Virus record (IMG/VR): IMGVR_UViG_3300027969_000043
Span: 104,872-168,871 of that record
Direction: 5' to 3' (one strand)
DNA: 64,000 nucleotides
Source: a virus
Shown here piece by piece: positions 9,914 through 20,275 of this stretch. Each line of letters starts with the position of its first letter. The first letter of the stretch is position 1. Made by a program: the position numbers and the translations under genes. The notes beneath the pieces were generated by a model, which worked only from the letters and a program-made list of their open reading frames with translations, was not told the origin of the DNA and did not search any database.

Positions 9914-11320
9914 ATGGTAATTAGAACATTTTTCGACAAGAATAATACCATAGTTAGAAATGAAGTTGTTAATACAGCTAGAAACCCAGTAACCGAATTA
10001 TTTTACGGTGGGCCTACTGGTGAAAACAAATATAGCCGTTACTTATTTCATTTTGATGAAACTAGATTAGTCAACATGTATGATAATGGTACATTTACTG
10101 ATTTAACTAAACTAAAACACACATTAAAACTAACTAATACAGCGTCATTTGACGAAGGGTTATTAAATGGTTCGTATCAATCAAAAGAAAGAGCGTGCTC
10201 ATTCGACCTAATTGTTTTTAAAGTGGGTCAAGAGTGGGACGAAGGTGTTGGTTATGACTATTTATCCTGTAACCTGCTAACTGGCGATTGTGCTATATCA
10301 ACAAAACCATCAACATGGGTTAATCCACAAACTGGTATAGTTTGGACTGGCGGTTCTGGTGTCTACTCAGGTTCACCAAGTGGGTTAACAATTGCAACAC
10401 AACATTTTGATTTAGGTAATGAAAACCTAGAAGTTGATATTACAGATTACGTTAATGGTGTTATGACAGGAAACACAAATAATGGACTAGGTATAGCATA
10501 CGCTCTCCCGTTTGAAATAACAAGTACACAAAATATGCAATACGTTGGTTTTTTTACCAAATATACACAAACATTTTACGAGCCATACATTGAAACCATA
10601 TATAGCAATTACATAACAGACGATAGAAATAATTTCTTTTTGGATAAACCAAATAAACTTTATCTATACGTTAACGTAGCTGGAAACCCAACAAATTTAG
10701 ATAACCTACCAACAGTATCAATACTTGACGAAAACGGTGTAGCGTATACCTTTATTGAATCATCTGGTGTAACGCACGTAACAAAAGGTGTTTATTCAGT
10801 TGATTTAACAATTCCATCTGGGGATGGTGAAATAGGAACATTATTTAATGATGTTTGGCAGGATTTAGTAATCAACGGGGTTTCTAGACCAGATGTTAAT
10901 CTCTATTTTGAATTAAAAGATAGTTTTGGTTATTATAACCTAGGCGACAGTGATTCGTTACCGAAAAAAGTAGCTGTATCGATATCTGGGGTTAGAAACC
11001 AAGAAAAAATAAAAAGGGGTGACACTAGAAAAGTAATTGTATCAACTAGAATACCATATACCATAGAACAAACACAAAACATATCAAATATAAAATATAG
11101 AATATATGTAACCGAAGGTAAAAATGAACTAACCGTAGTTGATTTTCAACCTGTTGAACTAGCATCTAATTATAATTATTTCTTATTAGACACCCTAAGC
11201 CTAATTCCAAATGTATATTATTTAGATATGTTAGTTGAATCTAATTTAGAGGTAACAACGTTAAAAAATGTTTTAAATTTTACTATTGTTAGCGAATCAA
11301 ACTTAAGACAATCACAATGA
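9914..11320 (+). CDS. Beta-rich virion structural protein
   Basis: SRYLFHFD, WDEGVG, VDITDYV, YEPYIE; late motif at 9894. Confidence 0.6.
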   Translation: MVIRTFFDKNNTIVRNEVVNTARNPVTELFYGGPTGENKYSRYLFHFDETRLVNMYDNGTFTDLTKLKHTLKLTNTASFDEGLLNGSYQSKERACSFDLIVFKVGQEWDEGVGYDYLSCNLLTGDCAISTKPSTWVNPQTGIVWTGGSGVYSGSPSGLTIATQHFDLGNENLEVDITDYVNGVMTGNTNNGLGIAYALPFEITSTQNMQYVGFFTKYTQTFYEPYIETIYSNYITDDRNNFFLDKPNKLYLYVNVAGNPTNLDNLPTVSILDENGVAYTFIESSGVTHVTKGVYSVDLTIPSGDGEIGTLFNDVWQDLVINGVSRPDVNLYFELKDSFGYYNLGDSDSLPKKVAVSISGVRNQEKIKRGDTRKVIVSTRIPYTIEQTQNISNIKYRIYVTEGKNELTVVDFQPVELASNYNYFLLDTLSLIPNVYYLDMLVESNLEVTTLKNVLNFTIVSESNLRQSQ

Positions 11321-11670
11321 TGAAAGAATTTATAAGAGAAAACTTAAGACTTAATACCCTTATTACAGAGAAAATAATTGACGGCCAAAAAATGAATCCG
11401 CAATTACAAACATTATGTAACACAATGAGTGTGAGAAGTTACCATGAAGTTTTGGGTAGACTCATTGCTGCTATTGGACACCCAGAAGAAAACCATGAAT
11501 TATGGGCTAAGATAAAAAAACCCCTAGATATGCTTGAAAAAGCTAGCAAAGATTTAAATAAAGAAAAAAAAGAAAATGGTATGACAGGTGATTCAGAAGT
11601 AGACGAAGCAAATACTTGGTGGTCCGCAATACAATCAACTCTTTGTGAACAAGGTCCAGAATTTCAATAA
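11317..11670 (+). CDS. Hypothetical protein with N-terminal (I/L)xE tag
   Basis: MKEFIRENLRLNTLITE. Confidence 0.6.
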   Translation: MMKEFIRENLRLNTLITEKIIDGQKMNPQLQTLCNTMSVRSYHEVLGRLIAAIGHPEENHELWAKIKKPLDMLEKASKDLNKEKKENGMTGDSEVDEANTWWSAIQSTLCEQGPEFQ

Positions 11671-11709
11671 TTAACTTTACATTTTTTTATTTTTTATTAT
11701 ATTTATTTT

Positions 11710-11779
11710 ATACGTTAACTCACGTATTGGTATCGAGCTATAAGCTTTAGAGTTGTCTAGGCAACAAAGATATTAGTAC
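11710..11779 (+). promoter_or_regulatory. Structured 5' leader (three-way junction)
   Basis: 11-bp stem 11724-34/11769-79 with three G-U pairs enclosing two hairpins; starts just after late motif 11699-11706. Confidence 0.6.
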
Positions 11780-11809
11780 ATAATAACAAAAATTAAAAGT
11801 TAAAAAAAA

Positions 11810-12652
11810 ATGAAAAGAAGAATCTCTATCGGGGAACCGATATCTAATCCTACAGCACAAATCTGTATCAACAAATCCAGACTTAAAGTCTACAACAAAG
11901 AAACCTCACCAACTTATTATTTAGAAAAAGGACAAGAGTTTCAAATCGAATTATTCAATCCAACAAAAAACACACTTTTAGCAAAAATCCAATTAAATGG
12001 AAAAGCTATATCACAAGGTGGTTTGGTGTTAAAGCCTGGCCAACGCGTGTTTTTAGAACGCTATTTAGATGTTGCTAAAAAATTCATGTTTGACACATAC
12101 GAAGTATCAAATACAGAAGAAGTTAAAAAAGCCATCGAAGACAACGGCGATTTTAAAGTTGAATTTTATAAAGAATCTAATCCAACCCTTGTATATGGTA
12201 CGGTAACAACATATAATACAAACAATCGATTTACACTAACTGATAATTTTAATACTACAGCTCCTAATAATTACCTTAATCTTACTGGTAATATTACAAA
12301 TACAACTTCGACGTATAGCTCTGGTATTGTAAATTGTAGTAATAGCTTTACTAATAATGTAACCAATGATAGCTTTGAACCTATACAACAAAAACCAAGA
12401 CTTAGAAAAAGCTTAACCAAAAGCATAGAAACTGGTCGTGTTGAAGCTGGAAGTAGTTCAGACCAAAAATTTGAATATGTAAACAAAAGTTTTGATTACT
12501 ACGCATTTCACACCGTAGAATGTAAACTACTACCAATATCACAAAAAATAAATACGGCAGAAGATATCAACGTAAAAAGATATTGCACAAACTGTGGGAC
12601 AAAACAAAAACCAGAATTTAAATTTTGTCCTAGCTGCGGAGAAAAATGCTAA
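11810..12652 (+). CDS. Hypothetical protein with C-terminal zinc ribbon
   Basis: YCTNCG...FCPSCG; Thr/Asn-rich linker. Confidence 0.75.
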   Translation: MKRRISIGEPISNPTAQICINKSRLKVYNKETSPTYYLEKGQEFQIELFNPTKNTLLAKIQLNGKAISQGGLVLKPGQRVFLERYLDVAKKFMFDTYEVSNTEEVKKAIEDNGDFKVEFYKESNPTLVYGTVTTYNTNNRFTLTDNFNTTAPNNYLNLTGNITNTTSTYSSGIVNCSNSFTNNVTNDSFEPIQQKPRLRKSLTKSIETGRVEAGSSSDQKFEYVNKSFDYYAFHTVECKLLPISQKINTAEDINVKRYCTNCGTKQKPEFKFCPSCGEKC

Positions 12653-12680
12653 AATAATAACTAGAGTTAACGTATTAAAA

Positions 12681-12702
12681 AAGCCCAGATTGTCTGGGCT
12701 TT
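12681..12702. terminator. Bidirectional intrinsic terminator
   Basis: AAGCCCAGA-TTG-TCTGGGCTT with A/T tracts between convergent genes. Confidence 0.8.
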
Positions 12703-13087
12703 ATTTATTTGGATATCTAATCATTGTATTTCTAAACCTGAAATCTTTATACTTACCAGTATTTGAACCAAAACCAAATCGTTTATAGAAGCGTAATAAG
12801 CCTGTTTTAGAGCTTTCTGTGTCTTCTGGGGTTAATACACATAATAAATCATATTTATCACACAGCGCTGTTATTTCCGTCATCAATGCCGTTCCTAACC
12901 CCTGTCTTCTTTGCGCCTTGTCTTTTACCTTGATTGAGGCTACTTCAATTGCATCATTACCTTTCAAATATATCCAACAAGCCATACCCAATGCATCATA
13001 TTTTTGTATGATACCATCTAATTCTGCTTGAATTTTAAATCTTGCATCATCTTCAACAACCTCTTGTAATATTTGTAATATTTTCAT
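12701..13087 (-). CDS. GNAT acetyltransferase with N-terminal LxE tag
   Basis: QRRQGLGTALM acetyl-CoA motif A; RFYKRFGF. Confidence 0.85.
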   Translation of the reverse strand: MKILQILQEVVEDDARFKIQAELDGIIQKYDALGMACWIYLKGNDAIEVASIKVKDKAQRRQGLGTALMTEITALCDKYDLLCVLTPEDTESSKTGLLRFYKRFGFGSNTGKYKDFRFRNTMIRYPNK

Positions 13088-13090
13088 ATA

Positions 13091-13855
13091 TTAATTTCTC
13101 ATATTTTTACCCAGCAAACCTTCTCTATGCATTCTAAGTTTTAATTCTTTACGCCATTTGGCCCTTGTTTCACCTGTAAACTTATTATTAACACTATGCA
13201 ATGATGGCGATAACTCTAACATATCTTGGAATGTCATCTCATCCCACATATCTTTATGTTTATTATACACTTGTTTAACATTATGAATTTGAGCTTGAAT
13301 TTCCATTCTTGTTGCGTCTACAGGTATACCACCTAAACTTGTTGTATTACGCTCCCTTGCTTTATCAACTCTTGCCTCAATATGTTTATTATTTAAAGTA
13401 TCATCAATCCAATGTGCTAATTCATGATGTATACTACCTTTGATTCTTGCCTCGGTAAACTCTTTAATCAAGCTTTTTCTTTGTTTTTCATCGCTTAATT
13501 CGTCCAATGCCTTTTCTATATTGCCTTTAGCATAATTCATAACAAAACTAATAGCGTTTTTAAATGCGCCAATACCAATTATTTTATGTTTTGGGTTATA
13601 GAAATTAAGGCCTGGGTTTATTTTTATAACGCATGGATTTAATTCATGACACTTAATTGAATCAGGTGACATTAAAATCGAAGTATCCGTTTCAGCCTCT
13701 TCAAACATTGAGCTAGTAACAAATCCTGTTCTTTCAATAGCATCAACATCATCCTTAAAATATTTATCATACAACATATCAACATCGCTATCAACTTCTG
13801 TTAATTTTTCTGACAAAAGATTTTCACGTAATAATTTTTTAATAAATGATTTCAT
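13091..13855 (-). CDS. HExxH metallopeptidase-like protein with LxE tag
   Basis: IHHELAHWID...EIQAQ; MKSFIKKLLRENLLSE. Confidence 0.6.
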   Translation of the reverse strand: MKSFIKKLLRENLLSEKLTEVDSDVDMLYDKYFKDDVDAIERTGFVTSSMFEEAETDTSILMSPDSIKCHELNPCVIKINPGLNFYNPKHKIIGIGAFKNAISFVMNYAKGNIEKALDELSDEKQRKSLIKEFTEARIKGSIHHELAHWIDDTLNNKHIEARVDKARERNTTSLGGIPVDATRMEIQAQIHNVKQVYNKHKDMWDEMTFQDMLELSPSLHSVNNKFTGETRAKWRKELKLRMHREGLLGKNMRN

Positions 13856-13856
13856 A

Positions 13857-14447
13857 TTATTTTACCAAAAATTTAGAATAGTCCATAGTCGATGGTTTAT
13901 CATTTTTAAAATAATACTTTTCAACTTTATTACCGTACTTGATTGTTTTATAATAACCATCTGGAATTGTCGCACCTGTACTTAACTTAATTGATGATTT
14001 TGAAAAAACACATTGTATCTCAACATTAACAATTTTATTTTCATTTGCCAATAATCTTTCACGCGCTTCTAATAATCGCCATGTTGTTCTATTTAAATCT
14101 TGATTTTGAAGTGAACAGTTTAAATAACTAAATGTTTTATACAGCATCTCTTTAGTACAATTAAAATCAGCTGCTGGTGCCATATGACCCTTATCATATA
14201 TATTATTCACATAATCCATGTGGTCAGATGTTTTAACACTATCTATGGTATAAAAATCCATACCCTTTCTAGACGCGTCGCCATTAGGACACTTTACAGT
14301 ATATTTAACCCACACAGGTTGTTCCAAAACTTCAGAATATATTACCTCGTAGATATCGGTTTTAATATGAACCTTATCTCTTAATTTTTGTGAAAATATA
14401 CTTAACGGTATAATACCAATTAGTATAATTAATAACATTTTTTTCAT
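13857..14447 (-). CDS. Secreted DNA/RNA non-specific endonuclease (NucA/EndoG type)
   Basis: Signal peptide; YDKGHMAPAADF; LNRTTWRLLE; IPDGYYK. Confidence 0.9.
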   Translation of the reverse strand: MKKMLLIILIGIIPLSIFSQKLRDKVHIKTDIYEVIYSEVLEQPVWVKYTVKCPNGDASRKGMDFYTIDSVKTSDHMDYVNNIYDKGHMAPAADFNCTKEMLYKTFSYLNCSLQNQDLNRTTWRLLEARERLLANENKIVNVEIQCVFSKSSIKLSTGATIPDGYYKTIKYGNKVEKYYFKNDKPSTMDYSKFLVK

Positions 14448-15139
14448 ACTAATAAATATCTTGAACCCTTAGAAAGATTTTCAGTTCCCCATAGAGGTTG
14501 AAGATTACATAAATCCCAACATTCCTTAAACTCTGGGTCATCCAATGATGTAAAATTAAAACTAGACATTGGTCTTATATGGTCAACATGCCATTGACCA
14601 TAATTATCCCATGTCATACCTTCAGTAAATTGTTTTTCCAAATGCTGCATCAACTCTTCAATTGTATAACCAAGTAATGCAAATGTAGAGCGATACTTAG
14701 CGACATTTTTTTCTTTTAAACATGTCCATAGCGCTGTTCGTGTATTTCTACTTAACCTATATCTAGGGTCAATAGCGCATTTATTTTTATTGTATTCTCT
14801 AGAATATGCATTTACGTGCTCTCTATTTTCTTCCCTCCATTTAGTGTGTTGTTTGCGCACATAATTCCTATTTTTTTTAGACCATTTTTTATAAAATTCA
14901 CTTCTTTTTAATCTTGTACCCACTTTAGTCTCATATTTTTTTTGTGCGACGGACCTACCACCAATGTTACGTCTTCCAGATGGACCAATCACAACCCCAT
15001 TTTCTTTTAATGTTCTTATTATAATTGTTTTATGTATACCCATATGTTCACTTATAGTTGTGGAGCCTAATAATTCCTTAGTATACATTCTTATACACTC
15101 ATCTACTTGCTCTTTTGTTAATTCAATTTTTTTACTCAT
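14444..15139 (-). CDS. HNH homing-endonuclease-like protein
   Basis: MTWDNYGQWHVDHIRP...NLQPLW..NLSK; N-terminal HTH-like segment; immediately downstream of capsid gene. Confidence 0.8.
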   Translation of the reverse strand: MSKKIELTKEQVDECIRMYTKELLGSTTISEHMGIHKTIIIRTLKENGVVIGPSGRRNIGGRSVAQKKYETKVGTRLKRSEFYKKWSKKNRNYVRKQHTKWREENREHVNAYSREYNKNKCAIDPRYRLSRNTRTALWTCLKEKNVAKYRSTFALLGYTIEELMQHLEKQFTEGMTWDNYGQWHVDHIRPMSSFNFTSLDDPEFKECWDLCNLQPLWGTENLSKGSRYLLV

Positions 15140-15187
15140 AATTATAAATATACAAACAACCTATATAAAAGTCAAGTTATTAAAACA

Positions 15188-15214
15188 AAAAAGGTGGAAA
15201 TTATTCCACCTTTT
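15188..15214 (-). terminator. Intrinsic terminator after major capsid gene
   Basis: AAAAGGTGGAA-ATTA-TTCCACCTTTT. Confidence 0.75.
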
Positions 15215-15236
15215 AAGTTTATAGTTTTAGAAATGA

Positions 15237-17087
15237 TTATCTCAATTCAGCAACATTAAATGTTGGAATACCATCTACTCTTACATGTCCGTAAAATCTA
15301 TTATTGACACTCTTCTTAGCGTAACGAGTCATGATACCTTTAACTGGAGCAAAGTTAAATGGATTGTACATGGTTGGAGTTAATTGCAACGGCACGTATG
15401 GTGCGTAGATGTAACCTGTATCCAACAATGACTTACCTTTATGTCCAATAATTATAGAGTATGATGGAGAATACGGGTCACGATAAACTTGATATCTACC
15501 GCCTAATGTACCGATTCTTTCAATACCCATGTTATATTGGTCTTGCTCAGGATTAGCATCACTTACGTGGAAATATTCTAAATCATCGAATACTGCAGAT
15601 ACTTCTGAAGATACAACGATAAAGTTAGCACCACCACGAAGAGTTGACTTGTGGATTTGAGCAGAAATTTGGTTAACTTTAGTTATTAAAGTTTGGTTCC
15701 AATCTTTCTGTGTGTAAGGACTAGAAGATGAAGAAGCTTTTCTCCAACCGTTATAATCCCAACGTAATTGCCATGCAGCAACTTTACGCAAATCTCTCAA
15801 GATTTCTCTATCGATTTCCGCAGCAACTTGCTCAGATAACATTGCTGTTAATTCAGCTTCAGCATCGATGTTGTGGAATGCACTAACGTCTTGCGCTAAT
15901 TCTGGAGACCAAGTAGCTCTTAATTTTCTTTCTTCTACAGAAACTACAACGTCAGTTAAAGTGAAAGAAACTTCACCCATTTCAGTTTCAAGTTCCAATG
16001 TAGCGTATTCAGCCCAAGCAGCAGTAAGTGCAGAGAATGAAGCTAATGTAGTTGCAGAAGCACCAACATAACCATCAAAAGTAGCCGTACCAGCAGCAGC
16101 AGAACCAGATGCAGTTGTACCAACTGGGTGAGTTAAGTCAAGACCCAAGAAGATATAACCAGTGTTATCAGTTAAATTTGTGTAATTAACGATACCTTGA
16201 CCATATACTTGAGTAATAACACGGAAAGGAATAGCTCTGTTAGCAGCAACAATAACATTACCAGCATTATCTAAAATGTTAGAGCTAGTAACAACTTGTA
16301 AAGAAGCTAAGAAAGATTCTGTATCCATTGGGTTACCATCAGGACCAGTTAATACTTGTTTGTTAGAAGCACCACCTGTAAAACCAGATACAGCAACAAC
16401 TAATTGTCTTAACGAACCATCAGCAGCAACAGGACCTACAACAGCTGTAGAAACCGCAGCAACACGTGTGTATGAACCATCGCCGTTACCAGAGAAAACT
16501 GGAACATTACTCATAGTACGGATAGTCAATGTACCTTTTGAGTTATCAAATAAACCATCATCATAGAATAAATCATAAAGATTTTTTGCTAAGAATGGTG
16601 TAACTACGCAAGTACCAGCAGCTGGTAATACGCAACTAGGAATACCAGAAGATGCAAAGCTAGTATGAGCTGAGAATGTTGTACCGTAAACATCAGAACC
16701 AGGTTGGTTTTGTGTATAGTCATTACCAGCAACACCAGAACCGTCTACACGACTAGAAGTCTGAGGTACGAAATAGAACAATTTACCAATTGGCATGTTC
16801 ATAGCTTGTACAGACACGATGTCATTAGCTAATAATTTAGAGAATACTCTTCTCACGATAGGGAATACAACAGTTTCGAATGAACCTGAAGAGGTTGAAG
16901 TTGTTGATTCAGTTAATAATGAAGAAGCTTGGTTCTCATATAATTGAGCGATGTTTTCTTTTACGTGTCCTTTAAGACCTTCAAGAAAACCTAAGCTTTC
17001 CCATTTTGCTTGGGTTTCTTTACGGATAGCCTTCATGTGGTTTAATCCGATGTTCCCAACTTGTCCAGATGTTAATAAATGTGACAT
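15237..17087 (-). CDS. gp23: Major capsid protein (T4 gp23-like)
   Basis: PIVRRVF, VSVQAM, RKLRATWSPELAQD, DAEAEL, EIDREI, YAPYVPL, GIMTRYA. Confidence 0.97.
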   Translation of the reverse strand: MSHLLTSGQVGNIGLNHMKAIRKETQAKWESLGFLEGLKGHVKENIAQLYENQASSLLTESTTSTSSGSFETVVFPIVRRVFSKLLANDIVSVQAMNMPIGKLFYFVPQTSSRVDGSGVAGNDYTQNQPGSDVYGTTFSAHTSFASSGIPSCVLPAAGTCVVTPFLAKNLYDLFYDDGLFDNSKGTLTIRTMSNVPVFSGNGDGSYTRVAAVSTAVVGPVAADGSLRQLVVAVSGFTGGASNKQVLTGPDGNPMDTESFLASLQVVTSSNILDNAGNVIVAANRAIPFRVITQVYGQGIVNYTNLTDNTGYIFLGLDLTHPVGTTASGSAAAGTATFDGYVGASATTLASFSALTAAWAEYATLELETEMGEVSFTLTDVVVSVEERKLRATWSPELAQDVSAFHNIDAEAELTAMLSEQVAAEIDREILRDLRKVAAWQLRWDYNGWRKASSSSSPYTQKDWNQTLITKVNQISAQIHKSTLRGGANFIVVSSEVSAVFDDLEYFHVSDANPEQDQYNMGIERIGTLGGRYQVYRDPYSPSYSIIIGHKGKSLLDTGYIYAPYVPLQLTPTMYNPFNFAPVKGIMTRYAKKSVNNRFYGHVRVDGIPTFNVAELR

Positions 17088-17109
17088 AATTTTTTTAGGT
17101 TTTTATTTT

Positions 17110-18399
17110 TTAATATTTATCTTTATTTTCAACTCTATTAATTAAATCTTTAATTCTTTGAGTCGAAGGGTCAACATACGCAGTAGCTTCGTTTAATTGT
17201 TTTGAGCTACCTGTTGCAACCTCTTTGATTATTTTACTACCGATTGATTCGTTAACTGGCTTTCTGCTAGATAATTCGTTAATGATAGTTTTGTATAACT
17301 TTTTAGACTCTTTAAGGTTAGTTACTTCCTCATCAAATCTTTGAATTATTTTTTTCTTTTCTTCTTTAGTAGTAGAATGTTCCATGAATAACTTAGTTAC
17401 GTAACTTAAATTCGAATTGAAAACTACAGTTTCTACCAACATGCCTCTGAATTTCTTAAGAGCTTTTCTAAAGTCTTCATTTTCGGCTTTTAATTGTGTT
17501 GCTTCGTTTAACAATTTCTTGTACTTAACCTCAGCTTCAATGATAACATTTTTAGAAGACACGGATTCTTTTTTTACGCCTGGACCTTTTGTGTAAATGT
17601 CTGGAAGATTAGAATGACCACCAACGCTTTTACCAACACCAGATTTAATTTTTTCTTGTACAGGGTTTTCGTCAGTTTCTTCTACTTCAGCAACAACTTC
17701 GTCAGATTCGTCAGACTCTTCTAAATTAGCATCATCTTTGTCTTCATCTTCCATCATTGTTGAATCTTCACCCATAGCTATTTCATAAGTTAACTCTTCT
17801 ATTCCCTCATAGCCTTCTTCCATCTCATATCCTTCCTCTTCCATAGACTCATCGCCCATTTCAGATTGGCCGCCCATTCCAAGTGCACCTTTTTTAACGA
17901 TGTACTCGCCTGGTTCTGAGATGTTAAGGTGGATTTCATCACCAACAATTTCGATTTCATCATCACCACTCAATTTCTTGTAAATAGCGATAACGTCATC
18001 ATCTGATGCGTCAGTCATATCCAAATCATCTCCTCCTAGTGCATCGTCTGCACTCGTGCCTATTTCTTGGTCGTCTTCTGGACCAACTTCTGGAGACATT
18101 TCGTCGTCGTCATCAGATTCGTCGTCTCCGATTTCAATATCAGTATCATCATCTTCAGTACCTTCAACATCATCACCTTCTGGTGAATCAGTTTCGTCTC
18201 CTTCAGAATCAGAACCTTCAATCTCATCTTCAACGGCTTCTTCTTCGTAGCCAGCTTCTTCAAGCGACTCTTTCACCATACCATCAATTTCTTCTCTCGC
18301 AACGGAGCGAAGTATTTCTTTGGTGTTGGCATTTAAAGCTTCTTGGATAACTTTGATATCCAAAAGAGCTCCTTCATAAATTGATTTTTTTTCTGCCAT
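17110..18399 (-). CDS. Prohead core/scaffold protein (gp22-like)
   Basis: Very acidic; C-terminal coiled coil; lies between protease and capsid genes. Confidence 0.75.
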   Translation of the reverse strand: MAEKKSIYEGALLDIKVIQEALNANTKEILRSVAREEIDGMVKESLEEAGYEEEAVEDEIEGSDSEGDETDSPEGDDVEGTEDDDTDIEIGDDESDDDDEMSPEVGPEDDQEIGTSADDALGGDDLDMTDASDDDVIAIYKKLSGDDEIEIVGDEIHLNISEPGEYIVKKGALGMGGQSEMGDESMEEEGYEMEEGYEGIEELTYEIAMGEDSTMMEDEDKDDANLEESDESDEVVAEVEETDENPVQEKIKSGVGKSVGGHSNLPDIYTKGPGVKKESVSSKNVIIEAEVKYKKLLNEATQLKAENEDFRKALKKFRGMLVETVVFNSNLSYVTKLFMEHSTTKEEKKKIIQRFDEEVTNLKESKKLYKTIINELSSRKPVNESIGSKIIKEVATGSSKQLNEATAYVDPSTQRIKDLINRVENKDKY

Positions 18400-18520
18400 T
18401 GTATTTTTTTTGTTATTTTAATTATTATTAAATAATAAATAGTGAGTACACCCCACGTACATAATAAATATGTAATTATTTATGAAAAATTCTTTTTTGC
18501 TAAAAAATTTAGAAATATAA

Positions 18521-19219
18521 TTAACCGATTAAGAAATTATCTAAACCCTCATTAAGATTTGATTTTTGTATGATTTTGTTTTCAACAAAGGGTTTTGCTT
18601 CTTCTCTGTTTTTAAACATCCAAGAGCCTGGGGTACTAGGCGCAGTAACAACGTCCCAACATATTAATTCAAAGTCGTCTTGAACAATGAAATCACCCTT
18701 GATTTCTTTTAATGAACCTACACCTCTAGAAGACACACCAATCATGATATTATTTCTTAATAAGTTTGCAACTTCGTCACCCTTTGTTGAAACAATACCG
18801 TAATTAATATACCCCTTGGTCATTAGGATTTCCATTTTACCCATTAGGGTTTTTCCTTCCCACCATGTTTGTATGATATTATGGGATACTCTATCACCAG
18901 CAATAACGCTAGATTCAGGGTGGTCTAATTCTCCAATCGCCCTTCTTTCCCTGATGGCTTGTTGATAAATTTCGTTTTGTGTTTTAAGTATTTCTTCTGG
19001 ATAAATCCTTCCGTTTCTATTTTTTACACCATATTTTTGGAGCACCACATAAACAACTAGGCTATCTGAGTCATCTTGACCCATTTCTAATTTTTTAAAC
19101 TCTCTTATAAGAGATTGGTTTTTAGGGTCACTAGGTGATATGAATCCAGCGTCATTTTCAATCAAATAACCTGTACCAACTTGACCAGCCTTTATTACTT
19201 TTAAATCCATATTTATCAT
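18521..19219 (-). CDS. gp21: Prohead protease (T4 gp21-like)
   Basis: KNRNGRIYP, GELDHP, VSH, GVSSRGVGS, DVVTAPS. Confidence 0.95.
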   Translation of the reverse strand: MINMDLKVIKAGQVGTGYLIENDAGFISPSDPKNQSLIREFKKLEMGQDDSDSLVVYVVLQKYGVKNRNGRIYPEEILKTQNEIYQQAIRERRAIGELDHPESSVIAGDRVSHNIIQTWWEGKTLMGKMEILMTKGYINYGIVSTKGDEVANLLRNNIMIGVSSRGVGSLKEIKGDFIVQDDFELICWDVVTAPSTPGSWMFKNREEAKPFVENKIIQKSNLNEGLDNFLIG

Positions 19220-19435
19220 TTATTACAATAAATATGTTAAAAGAATAAAAAACCCCGAATTAATCGGGGCTTTATTTATCTTTTAATTTTATCATTTTTG
19301 TGAAAGGAATCAATTAACTCATTAATTGATATTAGTTTATCTTCAGTACTTAACGATGAATTTTGTAATATTTCACTTATTGGTAAAATGCAGTTATAGT
19401 ACATTTCAGTTCTTGTGTATACTAAATAGTTCATA

Positions 19436-19879
19436 TTATTTTTTTCTTTTGTAAAACTTAAAATACTCGTTATTTTCAAATACCGAATTAATAGATGTTT
19501 CGATTAGGTTATATATTGTTGGCTTTAACGCATCCGAATTTACTGGAATCTCATTTTTCATGTAAAGCGTCACTTCACAGTTTGTAAAACTTCTTTTACC
19601 ATACTTAACCCCCGATTCTCTAATATCAAAATCTACGATTGTTTTATCTTTAAAAAAAGGTACTAAAGTATTCGATTCAATCGAATTATAGACCGTTTGT
19701 CTTAAATTTTTATCGGTGTCTCGTATAACTCTATTATAATTTGATAACCCCTCTATTTTTGGTTCGGCCCACGCTGAAATATTAATATAAATTGCTTTTG
19801 GGTTTTTATTGTTTACACTACCATAAACAACATTGTAGTTTTTAAATTCGTTGACTTTTAATTCTTTTCCTTTTTTCAT
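19436..19879 (-). CDS. Hypothetical protein
   Basis: 147-aa ORF in head module. Confidence 0.65.
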   Translation of the reverse strand: MKKGKELKVNEFKNYNVVYGSVNNKNPKAIYINISAWAEPKIEGLSNYNRVIRDTDKNLRQTVYNSIESNTLVPFFKDKTIVDFDIRESGVKYGKRSFTNCEVTLYMKNEIPVNSDALKPTIYNLIETSINSVFENNEYFKFYKRKK

Positions 19880-19940
19880 ATACCTGGTGTTTTTTATTCA
19901 AGTATAGTAAAAAATAATTAACCTGTCAATACCCCTAACC

Positions 19941-20273
19941 CTATTTTTTAAGGAAAAATATAACAAATCCTAGAACAATTTGTAAAAATGTGACAATAGC
20001 AACCGTAGCTACCCATTTATTTTTTTGACTATAAATTTCGTCTTTGGCTTCTTTCATTTGCTGCGGTGACCAAACGTCATTAACTTTTTCAATCCAAGCC
20101 TTGTGGTCAGAAACTAATCTTTCGGTATTTTTAAAATCTGATAACGTATTTTGCATTTCTTGAAAACGAGAATCTATATCTAGTCTCATTTTTTCATAGT
20201 TATCATTTAATCTTTCTAGTTCTTTAAGAACTAATTTACTATAATCACCCCAAGTTTCGTTTTGTGTGCTCAT
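19941..20273 (-). CDS. Hypothetical protein with C-terminal transmembrane helix
   Basis: WVATVAIVTFLQIVLGFVIFFLKK; ATG of MSTQ preferred as start. Confidence 0.65.
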   Translation of the reverse strand: MSTQNETWGDYSKLVLKELERLNDNYEKMRLDIDSRFQEMQNTLSDFKNTERLVSDHKAWIEKVNDVWSPQQMKEAKDEIYSQKNKWVATVAIVTFLQIVLGFVIFFLKK

Positions 20274-20275
20274 CT

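Noticed and set aside
11710-12675. Retron- or IS-type element implied by the flanking inverted repeat
   Set aside because: No reverse transcriptase or transposase motifs in or near the gene and no target duplication; kept only as an RNA-pairing finding
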